Assembly (NCBI GenBank): GCA_031260725.1
Contig: JAISKZ010000010.1
Span: forward strand, 7,012-71,011
Origin: Desulfovibrio sp.
Lineage (GTDB): Bacteria > Desulfobacterota > Desulfovibrionia > Desulfovibrionales > Desulfovibrionaceae
DNA length: 64,000 nt
Reading direction: 5' to 3'
The translations under genes and the position numbers were made by a program. Positions 62,609 to 64,000 of the stretch are shown one piece after another; positions within the stretch are counted from its first letter, which is position 1; the number at the start of each line of letters is the position of its first letter. A model generated the notes under the pieces. It saw only the letters and a program-made list of their open reading frames with translations. It did not search any database and was not told the origin of the DNA.

Positions 62609-63298
62609 TCACCAGCCGTGATCGCCTATCAGATCAACAAAAATAACAGGTTCCAGCGCTTCCGACTCAACACGCCCCCGCAGCTTGCGCAGACGCATTA
62701 AATATTGGCGCGGTCGCATGCCGACAGGAATCAGCAGAATGCCCCCTTCTTCAAGTTGATCCAACAGAGGCTGCGGTGTCTCCGGGCCGCCTGCCGTTAC
62801 GATAATTCGTTCAAAAGGGGCGGCGGCGGGCATCCCAAGCGTGCCGTCACCCAAGTATGTGTAGATACCGCGAAAGGGCATTTGGCGCAAGAGCGCGCTG
62901 GCATTCAAATACAGTTCACGCAAACGTTCTATGGTAAATACAGTGCAACCCAGCGCCGCCAGCACAGCTGCCTGATACCCCGATCCCGTGCCCACCTCAA
63001 GAACGCGCAAGCCCTGCCGGACTTCAAGAAGCTCGCTCATCAACGCTACAATATATGGCTGCGATATGCTCTGGCCGCACCCGATTGGGATGGGGGCGTC
63101 CTGATATGCCTGAGCTTCAAGCGCATCCTGTATAAAGAGATGGCGGGGCACGGCCGCCATGGCTTTCAGTACGTTCGGATCGCTGATGCCTTGCGCCTCA
63201 AGCTGTCTGACCATGCGCAGGCGCAAACGTTTGGGATCGACACGAGAGGGCTGAGGTTCAGTATGGCCGCATTCTGTGGAGTATTTGTAAGCCTGCAT
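62609..63298 (-). CDS. pcm: Protein-L-isoaspartate O-methyltransferase
   Basis: VPRHLF, GQSISQPY, VLEVGTGSGYQAA, APFERIIVTAG; start uncertain. Confidence 0.95.
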   Translation of the reverse strand: MQAYKYSTECGHTEPQPSRVDPKRLRLRMVRQLEAQGISDPNVLKAMAAVPRHLFIQDALEAQAYQDAPIPIGCGQSISQPYIVALMSELLEVRQGLRVLEVGTGSGYQAAVLAALGCTVFTIERLRELYLNASALLRQMPFRGIYTYLGDGTLGMPAAAPFERIIVTAGGPETPQPLLDQLEEGGILLIPVGMRPRQYLMRLRKLRGRVESEALEPVIFVDLIGDHGW

Positions 63299-63432
63299 AC
63301 TACATAAAGAACAGATTATCGGGGACAAGTCAATGTGCGCAAGCGTTTGTGGGCGGGTAGAATCAAGAGTTTTTCTTGAAAATCTACGCATAATATGCAA
63401 ACATGACTCATAGATGAGCAAGAGGGGAACAA

Positions 63433-64000
63433 ATGCGCAAAAAAAATATGTTTTCCAGCCTGTTGGGATTACTGATTATCACCGCTCTGGTGGCAGGCGG
63501 CTACACTTTTTTTAAGGACATGGACGGGCCGGTTGTAGAAGTTGCGCCGAATACCGGCAGGGTTTCACCGGCAACTATATTGCAGATATCCATGAGTGAC
63601 CAATCAGGCATACGTTCGTTGTCTGTGGGCATCCGTAAAAATAATGTTATCAATATTATTTTCAAGAAGCATTTTGACGCCTATCATACACAGCGCACTG
63701 TTGAAGTGCCGCTCAAAAATGCAAATCTCCGCGAAGGGGCGTTTGATCTTGAAATCCGCGCTACGGACAGTTCTCTTGCGGGCTTTGGGCAGGGGAACAC
63801 CCGGACTATACTGCTGCCCATGCGTCTTGACATGCAGCCGCCGCGTATCTCTGTCAAAAATTTGCCGCCGAATGTACATCGTGGCGGTTCGGCAGTCATT
63901 CGCTATACTGTTGACGAAGAGGTTGCAAGCAGCGGCGTTCTTATAGCCGGGTATTTTGTGCCTGGTTTTTTGCAGAAAGACGGTAGTTATCTCTGTCTGT
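63433..64000 (+). CDS. Membrane-anchored protein, probably M23 peptidase N-terminal part; 3'-truncated by the window edge and absent from the ORF track
   Basis: Hand translation MRKKNMFSSLLGLLIITALVAGGYTFFKDMDGP... is open to base 64000. The M23 assignment comes from recalled similarity and context; the catalytic domain is not in the window. Confidence 0.7.
   Translation, partial: MRKKNMFSSLLGLLIITALVAGGYTFFKDMDGPVVEVAPNTGRVSPATILQISMSDQSGIRSLSVGIRKNNVINIIFKKHFDAYHTQRTVEVPLKNANLREGAFDLEIRATDSSLAGFGQGNTRTILLPMRLDMQPPRISVKNLPPNVHRGGSAVIRYTVDEEVASSGVLIAGYFVPGFLQKDGSYLCL

Overview
Mostly core genome of a Desulfovibrionaceae-type (Desulfobacterota) bacterium; the taxon is inferred from gene order and protein motifs. 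The window starts inside an RND efflux operon. It then runs through the tRNA-Tyr/Gly-tuf-rpmG-tRNA-Trp-secE-nusG-rplKAJL-rpoBC cluster, nikR-folE2, cvpA-mazG-TreS-like, glmS, rho/carD, the pth-rplY-prs-tRNA-Gln-ispE-hslV-cysS-rpiB-rpoH block, a MetH-like gene, ftsK/efp/engB, bamD-trxB-trxA, tsaD-fbp and pgsA-pcm, and ends inside a probable M23 peptidase gene. Reading the intergenic DNA shows genome erosion that the ORF track misses. There are collapsed stumps of a flagellar-rod-family gene, an Mrp/ApbC gene and possibly a TlpA-like gene. There is a frameshifted IS481 transposase remnant, a CDF transporter with no stop before it runs 343 nt into engB, a PpiD-like protein apparently lacking its rotamase domain, and non-canonical residues in conserved RpoB and EF-Tu motifs. 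This pattern fits a host-restricted symbiont (for example a Ca. Desulfovibrio trichonymphae-like lineage; inference only). The most distinctive find is a family of 81-90 bp miniature inverted-repeat elements (MITE-like). Two diverged copies have 11-bp terminal inverted repeats, each flanked by its own perfect 8-bp target-site duplication, and they sit upstream of rpoBC and of rho. No CRISPR array, rRNA, prophage or recognisable defence system was seen.
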